From positions 8,308,001 to 8,372,000 of the forward strand of contig OZ024761.1 of the NCBI GenBank assembly GCA_964016885.1: 64,000 bases of DNA. Reading direction: 5' to 3'. The notes beneath the pieces were generated by a model. That model saw only the letters and a program-made list of their open reading frames with translations. It searched no databases and had not been told where the DNA came from. The translations under genes were made by a program, and so were the position numbers. Position 1 is the first letter of the stretch. Every line of letters begins with the position of its first letter. Shown here in pieces: positions 1 to 12,376 of this stretch. The DNA comes from Eledone cirrhosa. Taxonomy: Eukaryota.

Positions 1-99
1 TAAAGTTTAAGCAAAGGATCGCTGCTTTCACCCTTAACGGGATCTTCTGATTATTATTATTATCATTATATATATATATATTTATGTAGAAAGATTTGA

Positions 100-520
100 A
101 TGGATACAGTTTAGTTGAAAGGAATTTATTGACACGTGTTTCTATAACAGTTACATAACCTAAAACAGCTGCTATCTACAAACTTTTAGTTATGCAGACA
201 TTCAATATTTCAATGTTATTATTTACTGTCATTTCATCAGAATAATATTACTGAGGACCTATTTAGTTTTTATAGAGAATATTAGGAGGGAGGGGTGAAG
301 TTGTTAGAAGAATAGTTGAAGGAGTGGTTTTTCGATAGCAGTGAGAATTCTTGGTGGCAGTGAGTAATTAGATTCCCATCTGTTGTTTTGACATTTTTTA
401 TAGAATATATTATTGGTTATTTTTCTAAATCTATAGAAGGATTAGAGATAGTAAAGATATGCGTGGTTGGTTTTGTGTTTGCACTTAATTAACATTCAGA
501 CTTAAATTTTTCTTTCAAGT
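100..520 (-). mobile_element. Penelope-like element 3' end / pseudo-LTR remnant
   Basis: Degenerate C-terminal motif KSE-LIKCKHKT near 470-505 on minus, followed by an AT-rich UTR and the hammerhead motif. Confidence 0.5.
126..245 (-). ncRNA. Type I hammerhead ribozyme motif (Penelope-type) with long loop II
   Basis: Minus strand reads TTATT-CTGATGA-A-ATGACAGT...ACTGTTAT-A-GAAA-C-ACGT-GTC-AATAA. Stem I is TTATT/AATAA, the core is intact, stem II is 8 bp around a long loop, loop III is palindromic (ACACGTGT) and the cleavage triplet is GUC. Confidence 0.75.
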
Positions 521-544
521 GTACGTATCCTTTCACCCACGCAT

Positions 545-828
545 TCACACACAAATATATTTGCACACCTCTACAAAATACATATATTCACAATTCACAT
601 ATTCATACTTACATATATATACACATGCATACACATATATATACACACATGTATTCATGTACATACATACGCGCTCATGTGTATACATTTTCATACTCAA
701 CTTATCTTTATATACACACGTATAGATACACACATATATACATACATACTCTAGTCCATGTGTACACACATACACATACATACACATACATACACATCCA
801 TATACACATACATATATATACACATATA

Positions 829-866
<38 letters not shown>

Positions 867-950
867 CATATATATACATACATATATATAAGCACTTTAA
901 TACATGAATACACTTACATCTAACTATACACATCAAACATATATATATAT
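545..950. repeat. (TA)n/(CA)n compound microsatellite
   Basis: Direct inspection. Confidence 0.9.
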
Positions 951-984
951 ATTTACTTATTTATATACATTTTCACATATATAT

Positions 985-1372
985 ACATACTTATGGACGT
1001 TTTTTGACACATTCATTATCGCATATTTGTACCTATTCTCATCAGCATATCTTTCCATTATTAGTGTGGTAATTTAAGGTTATTAATATATGTTGAGAAG
1101 AGATTGTTTTTATATTTTTCTAACTAGATTAAGGTTTATATAGTTGGGGGATGTCCCTCTTTTATGTAATATTCGGCTTGTAGTGGGAAAAAAGGGTTTT
1201 AGTTCTGTGACGGCAGAATAATGTTCGTTCAATTCTGTTATTCAGCAGTTTCTTCTTGTGTGTGATTATGTAATAAATCTCAAGATTACACAATTTGCAG
1301 AAATTTTGGCTCCTGGAAAAGCTTTGGGTTTTAGCTAATTTTTCCCATTTTAGGGTAAACTTTTGATCGATA
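985..1372 (-). mobile_element. Penelope-like element C-terminal (GIY-YIG end) fragment
   Basis: Minus-strand translation DQKFTLKWEKLAKTQSFSRSQNFCKLCNLEIYYIITHKKKLLNNRIERTLFCRHRTK matches the W..LA...CxLC.E...LN.R.E....CRH end of Penelope proteins. CTGATGA lies downstream at ~1039-1045. Confidence 0.65.
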
Positions 1373-1400
1373 TATTTATGTATGTATGTATATATATATA

Positions 1401-4400
1401 TTTGGGACGTTCGGAAAAAGGACCACTCTTACAGGAGCTTCGTTGTTACGATCTTGATATCGTGGCTTTATCTGAGATGAGGCTAGCTGGAGATGGTCAT
1501 CTTACAGAATTTTGTGGAGAATATACATTCTTCTGAAAAGGAAGAGATGAAGGAACCAGAAGAGAGGCTGGGGTAGCATTTGCTGTTAAGACTGCTCTTG
1601 TGGATAAATTAGAAGTATTCCAAGTGGGGATTAGTGAGCGTCTTATGTCCATGAGAATTCCGCTGGACAAAGGAAGATATGCGACCCTGGTGAGTGTGTA
1701 TGCTCCAACTATGAATTCTGTCGAAGAAAAAGTTTCCTTTTACCATGCCTTGAAAGGTGTTTTAAGAAATATCCCTCAGGCAGACAATGTCATCGTGCTT
1801 GGTGACTTTAATGCTAGAGTGGGTAGGGATTTTAACACATGGAATGTAATCGGAAGGCATGGGGTGGGAAAGTGTAACAACAATGGTATGCTCCTGCTGC
1901 AGATGTGTGAGGAACTGGATCTGTGTGTGACCAACACCATGTTCCAGCAAAAGAACAAATTTAAGACCACATGAATGCATCCTGCATCTAAGGAATGGCA
2001 TCTTTTGGACTACGTCCTTGTCAGGATGCATGACAGACAGGATGTGCAGTGTGTTCGTGCTCTTCGTGGAGCTGAGTGCTGGACGGACCACCGCCTGGTA
2101 CACGCAAAAGTGAAACTAATCACTAAACGTAAAATCCGGGCTCCTGGTGTTACCCTGCCTAGGTGATTGAATGCTGCTCATCTTAGAGATAATAATGTGA
2201 AGAGGACATTGCGAGAAGAGATGCACGTTGCAGATTTTGGTGAGGATTGGCCGACCCTTAAAAAGTCGGTTTATGATGTAGGCAGGGATGTTCTGGGATT
2301 GGTGCAGAGAAAACATCAAGACTGGTTTAAAGAAAATGATGAACATATAGAAGACTTGTTGGCTGATAAGCGGCGTGCTCTGTCACGCTACTTGGCAGCA
2401 AAGCCACAGGAGAAGAATATGTTGCATGAGGAACTCGAGGATGTGAAATCACGCATGAAGTGGAGGCTTTCTCAGATGAAGGATCAGTAGTGGAGTGAGA
2501 AGGCTGATGAGATACAAACTGCATCAGATTCCAATAACACAAAGCTCTTTGTTTGGCAGGATATGGGCTGAGGACTGGAGAGATGCAGTAATGGTAGTCT
2601 TGTACAAGGGAAAGGGTAACAAGAATGATTGTGGAAACTACAGAGGTATATCATTGCTTTCTGTCGTAGGAAAAATTCTATGTAGGGTGCTTCTGGACCG
2701 TCTGCTGACACACATTGCAGATTGTGTTCTTCCTGAAAGTCAATCTGGTTTTCGTGCTGGACGCGGCACTACTGATATGATCTTCTCAGCTAGACAGCTC
2801 CAGGAGAAGTGCATGGAACAAGGTTTGGATCGGATCTGTATCAGGTTTTTGTCGATCTGAAAAAAGCTTTCGATAATGTTAACAGAAATACATTATGGAA
2901 GGTTCTCCAGAAACTTGGTTGCCCTGATAAGTTCCTTGCTTTGGTTAGGTCTTTCCATGACAACATGAAGGCTTGGGTTAATGTCAGAGGTAACATGTCG
3001 GAGCCTATCTCAGTAAAAAATGGAGTGAAACAGGGGGATATTCCAGCTTCGACACTGTTTACCATATACTTTGCAATGGTTTTCTATATTACATTCAGGA
3101 ATTGCGAGCATGGTGTTTACATCCGATATCGAACCTCAGGCAGCATATTTAACATGAGGCGCTTTGCTGCAAAAACAAAAGTATTTCATCAATCATAAGA
3201 TGATTGCGATCTTGTAGCACACACACAGAGTGATATGCAGCACATTTTGAATGCATTTTCTGATGCTTGCAGTGCCCTAGGATTGACTGACAGTCTCGGG
3301 AAAACTGTCATCATGTACCAACCTGCTGCTGGTAAGCAGTACAGTGAACCAAATATCTATGTGTATGGTAAACAACTTGCAGTGGTTGATCAGTTTGTCT
3401 ACCTGGGAAGCAGTCAATTGATACAGCAATCTTGATAATGAAATTCCACTCAGGATTAGGAAAGCTAGAAAGAAGCCTCTGGGGTCGGCGAGACATATGC
3501 AAGAAGACAAAGGTAAAGGTGTACAAGGCATGTGTGCTCTCTTCTCTTCTTTATGCTTGTGAGACCTAGGTCACATATCGACACCACCTTAAACAATTGG
3601 AGCGTTTCCATCAGATGTGTCTCAGACGGATCCATGGCGTTCACTGGAGGGACCACATCAATGATGTCGAGATTTTGGAAAGCTCTCTGTGTGACAGTAT
3701 AGAAGCTCTTGTGCTTAAGCAAAGACTCCAATGGAGTGGTCACCTTTCCAGGATGAAGGACTCTAGAATACCGAAACAACTCTTTTATGGAGAGTTAGTT
3801 AAAGGAAAACGCCCTCCACATAAACCAAAAAAGAGGTATAAGGATTCGTTGAAAGCCTCTTTGAAAGACGCTAACATCTCTGCTGATACATAGGAAAACG
3901 TAGCTGCTGATCATAATAAATGGAGAAAGATTGTACATGAGGGGAAAGTTGCCTTTGAGGTATCTCGAATCGCATACAAGAAAGTATGAAGGGATGTGAG
4001 GAAGGGCATTGCTGTTGCATTTCCAGACGGCGAAGGTCTTCCTATGGCGCTGACATGCAGCGTCTGTGTGAGACTCTGCCTAAGCAAAGCTGGACTCGAA
4101 AGTCATCTTCGCAGTCATAAAGTAAGACCAGTAGTTGACTACCAGGCTGCTGTTGGAGATGTTGCTCATCATGCTTGCCAAACATGTGGAAGAGTGTGTA
4201 AATCAGCAGAAGGGCTCAAACGACATGCAGATGTACATGAACTCCAACCACAGCCGGCTATTCCCAGTGAATGTTTTGGATGCCAACTCTGTGCAAGACA
4301 TTTTAGATCATTGGCTGGGCTAAAAGCCACATTCGATCGCAGCACTGTTAATTGTTATTGTGTGTGTGTGTGTGTGAGTGTGTTTATATAGATATGTATG

Positions 4401-4527
4401 TGTGTATGTATGTTTGTGTGTGTGTGTGTGTATATATATATTTTGTTATCATTATTATTGTTGTTATTGTTATTATATTTTTTTTTTCGTGCAGTGGCCA
4501 TACTCGATAACGAGGGGGCAGTCATCA
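1401..4527 (+). mobile_element. Decayed RTE-BovB-like LINE (APE endonuclease, RT, C-terminal C2H2 zinc fingers)
   Basis: APE motifs SVYAPT, GDFNARVG, LLDYVLV and CWTDH. RT motifs NYRGISLL, ESQSGFRAGRGTTDMIF, FVDLKKAFD and GVKQG. RLQWSGHLSRM, then C2H2 fingers at ~4050-4340. Stops, frameshifts and an internal deletion near 2555. Confidence 0.92.
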
Positions 4528-4656
4528 TGTATATGTATGTATAAGTATGTGTATATGTATGTATAAGTATGTATGTGTGTGTATGTATAAGTATGTATGT
4601 GTGTGTATATATATGTATTTATGTTGACATTTCAGTAATAAGGTGCAGTGACAGCA

Positions 4657-5100
4657 GTGGTGGTGGTGGTGGTGGTAGTAGTGGTGGTGGTGGTAGTAGT
4701 GGTGGTGGTGGTGGTGGTAGTGGTGGTGGTGGTGGTAGTAGTGGTGGTGGTGGTGGTAGTAGTAGTGGTGGTGGTGGTGGTAGTAGTAGTGGTGGTGGTG
4801 GTGGTAGTAGTGGTGGTGGTGGTAGTAGTAGTGTTGGTGGTAGTAGTGGTGGTGGTAGTAGTGGTGGTGGTGGTAGTAGTGGTGGTGGTAGTAGTGGTGG
4901 TGGTGGTGGTAGTGGTGTGTAGACAATGGTGGTGATGGTAGTGGTGTAGGAAATGGTGATGGTGGTGGTAGTGGTGTGTAGACAATGATGGTGGTGATGG
5001 TAGTGGTGTAGGCAATGGTGGTGGTGTGTAGACAATGGTGGTGTAGACAATGGTGGTGGTGGTGATAGTACTGGTGTAGGCAATGGTGATGGTGTGTAGG
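4657..5100. repeat. (GGT)n/(AGT)n trinucleotide repeat degrading into a short minisatellite
   Basis: Direct inspection; source of the poly-H/P/T/V/G artefact ORFs. Confidence 0.95.
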
Positions 5101-5120
5101 CAAGATAATCTACAGTAAAG

Positions 5121-5248
5121 ACAAGATGGCCGACCAGTTACTGTAACAGCTCCTGGGTCATGGATCAACACAGACAACGACATCTCTGGAGAAGGCACAA
5201 AATATGTGCAGTACCTAGCAACGCCACCTTTGTATGACAACCTGTATG
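5121..5248 (+). CDS. Candidate host coding exon or pseudo-exon, product unknown
   Basis: Unique sequence of balanced composition. Reads QDGRPVTVTAPGSWINTDNDISGEGTKYVQYLATPPLYDNLY and ends at G|GTATTT. The acceptor is uncertain and there is an in-frame TAA at 5116. Confidence 0.4.
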
Positions 5249-5267
5249 GTATTTCCAGTTGTTTTAA

Positions 5268-5463
5268 CCCTTTAATGTTCAAACCGGCCAGAATTCTCTC
5301 ACCTCTTTCTGTTGAAACTGGCTGTAACTGGTCACTCAAACTGATGTTAATGTATTGTTTTCAAAATCTCATAGATTCAATATTATGTGAGATAATTATG
5401 CGAGGTAAAGCCTTTACCAGGAAAATATAATAGTATATATAGATTAATGTGAATGCTAAAGGG
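5268..5463. mobile_element. piggyBac-type MITE
   Basis: TTAA|CCCTTTAATGTTCA...TGAATGCTAAAGGG|TTAA gives TIRs plus TTAA duplication. A second copy is at 56717-56925. Confidence 0.85.
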
Positions 5464-5736
5464 TTAAGAAGTCTTGAAATGTCAATGGGATTGACCCTAA
5501 TACCCCAATCACATCTGGTATCACTATTATTATTATTAAATGACTGATAAGTTTCAAAAAGCCAGTACAATGTGGTAGAAATATATAAAGGGCAAAGGAT
5601 GACAAATAAAACCAAAGTAATGTTTTACCCAGTATATTTCAACATGATATTTCAGAGCTAATACCCTCTTTTCAAATGTGAAACAGAGACGGTTCAAAAT
5701 TAAAATAAATGAACGATTTGTTCTTCCTTATTATTT

Positions 5737-5832
5737 CGGTGGATTGATAGTAATCAGTAAAGCGTCAGACAACATGCCTTGTGACATAGAGTTACAAGCT
5801 TTTATGTTTGGAGTTTAAATCCCGCAGAGGTT
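5737..5832 (+). mobile_element. Truncated tRNA-derived SINE head (family 1)
   Basis: CGGTGGATTG...GAGTTTAAATCCCGCAGAGGTTAG, similar to the full copies. Confidence 0.6.
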
Positions 5833-6086
5833 AGTATATGCATAGACATACATTTATATATATATGACTGTATAAACACGCAAACACAGACACACTTACA
5901 AAAATACACACTCACACACACACATTCACACAAACACACATACACATACACTCACACACAGCATAGCAAATGGAATGCCAACCGCTGTTTTGCTATAGTT
6001 TTTGTTACCATTCCCTCCCTTCTTTTTACACACACATACATTGTGTGACGGACGGACGGAAGTCACTCAAATTTATGTATAGATGA

Positions 6087-6562
6087 CTAGCAGAAAACCA
6101 CCCACCGGGTGGTTTTCTGCTAGTAAATATATATATTACACACACAGAAATGTATATATATTTCTGTGTGTATATATATATATATTACACACACAGAAAT
6201 GTATATATATTTCTGTGTGTATATATATATATATTACACACACAGAAATATATATACATTTCTGTGTGTATATATATATATATATTACACACACAGAAAT
6301 GTATATATATTTCTGTGTGTATATATATATATTTTTGTGTGTGTATATATATATATATTACACACACACAGAAATGTATATATGTTTCTGTAGCACTCCT
6401 CAATTCCCCCCCTCTCTCCCTCCCGCTATCCCCCTCTTGTAGTCTGTCTCTTTCTTTCACTCTCACTCTCTCTCTACACGTGCGCAAAAAACATTCGTAC
6501 GCGTGCACGTGTTTCCACAGACAGACAGACAGAGAAATTGCTGGTTATATATTATAAGGAGA
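6087..6562 (-). mobile_element. Non-autonomous Helitron-like element with palindromic 3' end
   Basis: Minus strand starts TC (plus GA 6561-6562) followed by (CTGT)n and ends in a hairpin plus CTAG at 6087-6090. Contains internal palindromic ACACACAGAAAT..ATTTCTGTGTGT repeats. Confidence 0.55.
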
Positions 6563-6570
6563 TTGTCAAG

Positions 6571-6645
6571 TGAGGTGGAACTCATCAAATCGGACCAAGG
6601 AAACAATGTTTCCATTGGTCTTTACATTGCTAATATTATCTACTG
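6571..6645 (+). CDS. Candidate host exon
   Basis: Reads EVELIKSDQGNNVSIGLYIANIIY(W) and ends TG|GTAAC. Splices in frame to 6741. Confidence 0.4.
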
Positions 6646-6740
6646 GTAACAAATATTTAAAATAGTGGATATGAGTTTATAACTACCTAAAGACGAAGAC
6701 ATTTTGAATATTTGGAATATAGAGTTCTTGTTAATCTCAG

Positions 6741-6789
6741 GTTACTGGCTTTGGCTGGTATTTACTGGCTTTCAAGGATATGTGAGTGA
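6741..6789 (+). CDS. Candidate host exon completing a hydrophobic helix
   Basis: Acceptor TTCTTGTTAATCTCAG| follows a 95-nt GT-AG intron. Reads (W)LLALAGIYWLSRI, then either a GTGAGT donor at 6782 or CE-stop. Confidence 0.45.
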
Positions 6790-6854
6790 GTGGGTGGATT
6801 AAAGTTACTCTGGGCCTACCAATACACATCTCATAAAAACTATATAAATAATTA

Positions 6855-9260
6855 CATATACATACATACACATACATACACACACTATATAAACATACAC
6901 ATACATACATACACTATATAAACATACACATACATACTTATACTATATAAACATACACATACATACTTACACTATATAAACATACACATACATACATATA
7001 CTATATAAACATACACATACACATTCACATACATACATACACTATATAAACATACACATCACTATATACACATTCACATACATACATACACTATATAAAC
7101 ATACACATACACATTCACATACATACACTATATAAACATACACATACATACATACACTATATAAACATACACATACATACATACACTATATAAACATACA
7201 CATACACATTCACATACATACATACACTATATAAACATACACATACATACATACACTATATAAACATACACATCACTATATACACATTCACATACATACA
7301 TACACTATATAAACATACACATCACTATATACACATTCACATACATACATACACTATATAAACATACACATACACATTCACATACATACATACACATACA
7401 CATACATATATACACTATATAAACATACACTATATAAACATACACAGGTTGCAGGCAATAACGGAAGAGTTTAAGACCGGATGCCCATGGGAACTCCTGT
7501 ATGCTGATGACCTCGCACTCATAGCTGAATCTATGGTAGAATTAGAGAATAAATTCCAAACTTGGAAGCAGGGACTAGAAAGAAAGGGTCTCAAAGTCAA
7601 CATGACAAAGACTAAGGTCCTTGTAAGTAGACGAGAAAACAGAACCCAGATCACCTCAGGGAAATGGCCTTGCTCAGTATGTAGGAAAGGTGTAGGTAGG
7701 AACTCCATTCTCTGTCCTAAATGCAAACAATGGGTACACAAGAGATGTAGCAGCATCTCAGGAAGATTAACTAAGAATGTAGGATTCACATGCAGCAGCT
7801 GTGCTGGGACAGCAAGCAGCAAACAGCCACAGGAAACAAGTACCACAAATCTCTGGGAGGGCTCTGTAGAAGCAGTAGACAGCTTCTGCTACCTAGGTGA
7901 CCGAATTAGCAACGGAGGTGGGTGTTCAGAAAGTACAATAACTAGGGTAAGAATGGGATGGAAGAAGTTTAGGGAACTACTACCACTGCTAGCTGCAAAA
8001 GGCTTCTCCCTCAGAATGAAAGGCAGACTGTATGATGCGTGTATCCGAACAGCGATGTTACATGGTAGTGAGACCTGGGCGCTGAAGGTGGAAGACTTAC
8101 GTAGATTAGAGAGAAACGAAGCCTGCATGCTCCGATGGATGTGTAACAGTAATATACATGAACGACAAAGCATAAATGAATTGAGAGAGAGACTGAGCAT
8201 AAGAGGAATCAAATGCTGTGTGCAGGAGAGGCGGTTGCGCTGGTATGGACATTTGATGCGTATGAAGGATGACAGCTGCATAAAAAGGTGCAGAGCACTA
8301 GAAGTTGATGGAAACCGCGGAGTGGGGAGACCCAAGATGACCTGGGATGAGGTGATAAAAGCCGACCTTACCCAATTACACCTCTCAAAGACAATGACAC
8401 ACGACCGTGACTTCTGGCGTCACGCAGTAATACAGGGTACCCGACCTCCTATGGGTACAAGCTGAAGCATATAGACAATATGCCCCCACACCCCCCACCG
8501 CAAGGTGGTCGTGGAGGTGCCACGGCAAAAAAGCACCCAGCCCACACTGTAAAGTGGACGTGTAGGCGCCACGAAAAAGCACCCAGCACTCACTGTAAAT
8601 GAGGTTGGTGTTAGGAAGGGCATCCAGCTGTAGAAATTAAGCCAGATCAGTTCCTGTATGAGCAAGGCATGGTCAGCCGACCAGACACTGCCCACAACAG
8701 GACAACCCGTCTAACCCATGCTAGCGTGGAAGAACGGACGTAAAACGGTGATGATGATGATGATGATGATGACATACATACTTACACTATATAAACATAC
8801 ACATCACTATATACACATTCACATACATACATACACTATATAAACATACACATACATACTTACACTATATAAACATACACATACATACATACACTATATA
8901 AACATACACATACACTATATACACATTCACATACATACACACACTATATAAACATACACATACATACATACACTATATAAACATACACATACATACACAC
9001 ACTATATAAATATACACATACATACACACTATATAAATATACACATACATACACATACACTATATAAACATACACATACATACACACACTATATAAACAC
9101 ATACATACACACACTATATAAACATACACATACACTATATATACATCCACATACACTATATAAACAATCACATACATATACATACATACATACACATACT
9201 CTATATAAACATATACATTTATGCATATACATACATACACACACATACAAATACATACCC
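6855..9260. repeat. CA/TA-rich minisatellite (CACTATATAAACATACACATACATA-like) split by an RTE insertion
   Basis: The same unit occurs at 6855-7446 and 8772-9260. Confidence 0.9.
7447..8771 (+). mobile_element. 5'-truncated RTE LINE (family A)
   Basis: Open 338-aa frame with ELLYADD, a Cys-rich insert, GSETW and RLRWYGH. The 3' UTR ends in (GAT)n. Nearly identical to 47670-48980. Confidence 0.95.
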
Positions 9261-9345
9261 ACTGACATCATCATCATCTTACATAAAAGAATTATGTTGG
9301 AAGGATTTTAGAAAAATATAAACACTTTAAATAAATATGAATACT

Positions 9346-10835
9346 TTGACCCTTTCATCACCATATTTCTAATGAAAGACACTGCCTATGTCATTAACCC
9401 TTCCATTACCATATTTGTAATGAAAGACACTGTCTATGTCATTAACCCTTTCATTACCATATTTCTAACGAAAGACACTGTCTATGTCATTAACCCTTTC
9501 ATTACCATATTTCTAATGAAAGACACTGTCTATGTCATTAACCCTTCCATTACCATATTTCTAATGAAAGACACTGTCTATGTCATTAACCCTTCCATTA
9601 CCATATTTCTAATGAAAGACACTGTCTATGTCATTAACCCTTTCATTACCATATTTCTAATGAAAGACACTGTCTATGTCATTAACCCTTCCATTACCAT
9701 ATTTCTAATGAAAGACACTGTCTATGTCATTAACCCTTTCATTACCATATTTCTAATGAAAGACACTGTCTATGTCATTAACCCTTCCATTACCATATTT
9801 CTAATGAAAGACACTGTCTATGTCATTAACCCTTTCATTACCATATTTCTAATGAAAGACACTGTCTATGTCATTAACCCTTCCATTACCATATTTCTAA
9901 TGAAAGACACTGCCTATGTCATTAACCCTTCCATTACCATATTTCTAATGAAAGACACTGTCTATGTCATTAACCCTTCCATTACCATATTTCTAATGAA
10001 AGACACTGTCTATGTCATTAACCCTTCCATTACCATATTTCTAATGAAAGACACTGCCTATGTCATTAACCCTTCCATTACCATATTTCTAATGAAAGAC
10101 ACTGTCTATGTCATTAACCCTTCCATTACCATATTTCTAATGAAAGACACTGTCTATGTCATTAACCCTTCCATTACCATATTTCTAATGAAAGACACTG
10201 TCTATGTCATTAACCCTTCCATTACCATATTTCTAATGAAAGACACTGCCTATGTCATTAACCCTTCCATTACCATATTTCTAATGAAAGACACTGTCTA
10301 TGTCATTAACCCTTCCATTACCATATTTCTAATGAAAGACACTGTCTATGTCATTAACCCTTCCATTACCATATTTCTAATGAAAGACACTGTCTATGTC
10401 ATTAACCCTTCCATTACCATATTTCTAATGAAAGACACTGTCTATGTCATTAACCCTTCCATTACCATATTTCTAATGAAAGACACTGTCTATGTCATTA
10501 ACCCTTTCATTACCATATTTCTAATGAAAGACACTGTCTATGTCATTAACCCTTTCATTACCATATTTCTAATGAAAGACACTGTCTGTCATTAACCCTT
10601 TCATTACCATATTTCTAATGAAAGACACTGTCTGTCATTAACCCTTTCATTACCATATTTCTAATGAAAGACACTGTCTATGTCATTAACCCTTTCATTA
10701 CCATATTTCTAATGAAAGACACTGTCTATGTCATTAACCCTTTCATTACCATATTTCTAATGAAAGACACTGTCTATGTCATTAACCCTTTCATTACCAT
10801 ATTTCTAATTATAGACACTGTCTATGTCATTAACC
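9346..10835. repeat. 48-bp tandem array (~31 units) derived from a TTAA-type MITE end
   Basis: Unit TTAACCCTTTCATTACCATATTTCTAATGAAAGACACTGTCTATGTCA. Confidence 0.95.
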
Positions 10836-11294
10836 TATAACAAAATACTGGTGTGTATGAATACAACAAAAGACTCAATTGTGTATATTAGGTTTAATTA
10901 ACAAGTTGGAGTTATGTAGAATACTACAGGTGACATGTCCATGAGTAAATGAAAGAATGAAATAAAGTTATTTGTTACCGTTTTGAAGTTAGCTCGCAAG
11001 AGACCATGTTAGGGTTGCCAGGCGAACGCGCCTGGCCGAAGACGCCTGGCCAAAGGGCCAGGCTAGTTAGAAGAGAAAGAAGCATCGGTTAACGCGCCTG
11101 GCCGAAGGCCAGGAGCTGAAAGGGCAAGTGAGAGAGAGATCGCTCTGAGTATCCCTTTTATAGGGTCTCAAGACGGAAGTGACAAAAAGGGTTCTGCTAC
11201 CCCAACGGGAAGTAACTCCAGCTACTTCCTGTCTAGAGAGCATTAATCTATTGGTGATGTGATCGTCACAACAAGGGAGGCAACTCTTGCTACA
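10836..11294 (-). mobile_element. Solo LTR (probably Gypsy-type)
   Basis: Minus strand reads TGTAGCAA...TTGTTATA (TG..CA with one change). 4-bp TSD AACC at 10832-10835 and 11295-11298. TATAAAA on minus near 11157-11163. Confidence 0.7.
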
Positions 11295-11348
11295 AACCCT
11301 TTAATTACCATATTTCTAATGAAAGTCTCTCTATCTATGTCATTAACT

Positions 11349-12376
11349 GAGTGTGCCCAGGCGCTCACCGCCCTCTGGCAGGCGGATCCGGTTATCAGTG
11401 GAGACTCCACCACAACATTCTATAGAGGGCTGGTACGCAGCAGGTGCGACGACGCCCTCGGAGAAGCCCTAGACATGGAGGAGGACGAACTGGCCGGCCT
11501 GTTCGGTAGGACATTCAGCCCGGGACCTATGGACAACTTCCAGAAGTCCCTGGCCTGGCAGTGCTACCGAGGAGCTTTACCCATTCGAGAAAGGCTCTAC
11601 AGACACGGGCGCCCGGGTAGGGACCCCGCCAAAAAGATCTGTCCCAGATGCGTGTGCGACGAGGAAACCGTTGCACACGCATTGGTACACTGCTCGGGCG
11701 TAGCCGATCTGTGGGGCTATGTTGAACAACTGCTGTCAAGGGTGGGACCGATCCGGTTGACCACCGAGTCTATTGTAATGATCAAGCCGCCTCCCCCCTT
11801 CAAAGATGAAGCAGAGGCGGTGTTTCTGTGCGTAATAGCCATGGCGAAAGAGGTTGTATGGTGGACGCGTCTGAAAGGACTGAGGTCAGACACCTTTCTC
11901 TCTGGCCAACAACTGGTCCGTTTCTTCCGATATCATTTCGGAAGAAGGATCAGGATGGAGAGAGAGGTGCTGCACCCCAGTCGTTTTTATGAAAGGTGGG
12001 TGAAAGTGGCGAGAATGGCCCGTGTGAATGGGCCTTCTCTTTACATGAGCCTGTAGGTGGAAAAGAGGAAGGAACGAGGGAGCACCCCCTCTCTGTGCTC
12101 CTGAGGAAAAGGGTTGCACACTTTTTTCGGGGGTGTGTGCGACCCCCCCCAAGGCGCCTCCTCTCTATTGAGGATTTTGTTATAAATTTTATTTTTGTTA
12201 TATTTTATAACAAAGTCCTCTATTGAGGATTTTGTTATAATTCTATTTTTTGTTATATTTTATTTTATTTTTATATATTGTTATTGCCTCCTCCCTATTG
12301 AGGACGCCTTGTTTTGTAAACTCCCCCCATTGTACTTGTCCCACTTTTGATGCCCTTGTGGCAAATAAAAGAAACA
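11349..12376 (+). mobile_element. 5'-truncated L1/Tx1-clade LINE (zf-RVT C-terminus plus 3' UTR)
   Basis: LAWQCYRGALPIRERL...CPRC...ETVAHALVHC, tail AATAAAAGAAA, and a 17-bp TSD TATCTATGTCATTAACT at 11332-11348 and 12377-12393. Confidence 0.88.

Noticed and set aside
15-52. Hammerhead on minus (CAGAAGA-TCCC..GGGT-GAAA)
   Set aside because: Core mutated and stems I and III unconvincing.
9372-10595. 407-aa repetitive ORF (also 13407-14588 and 18197-19811)
   Set aside because: Chance open frames in TE-derived tandem repeats.
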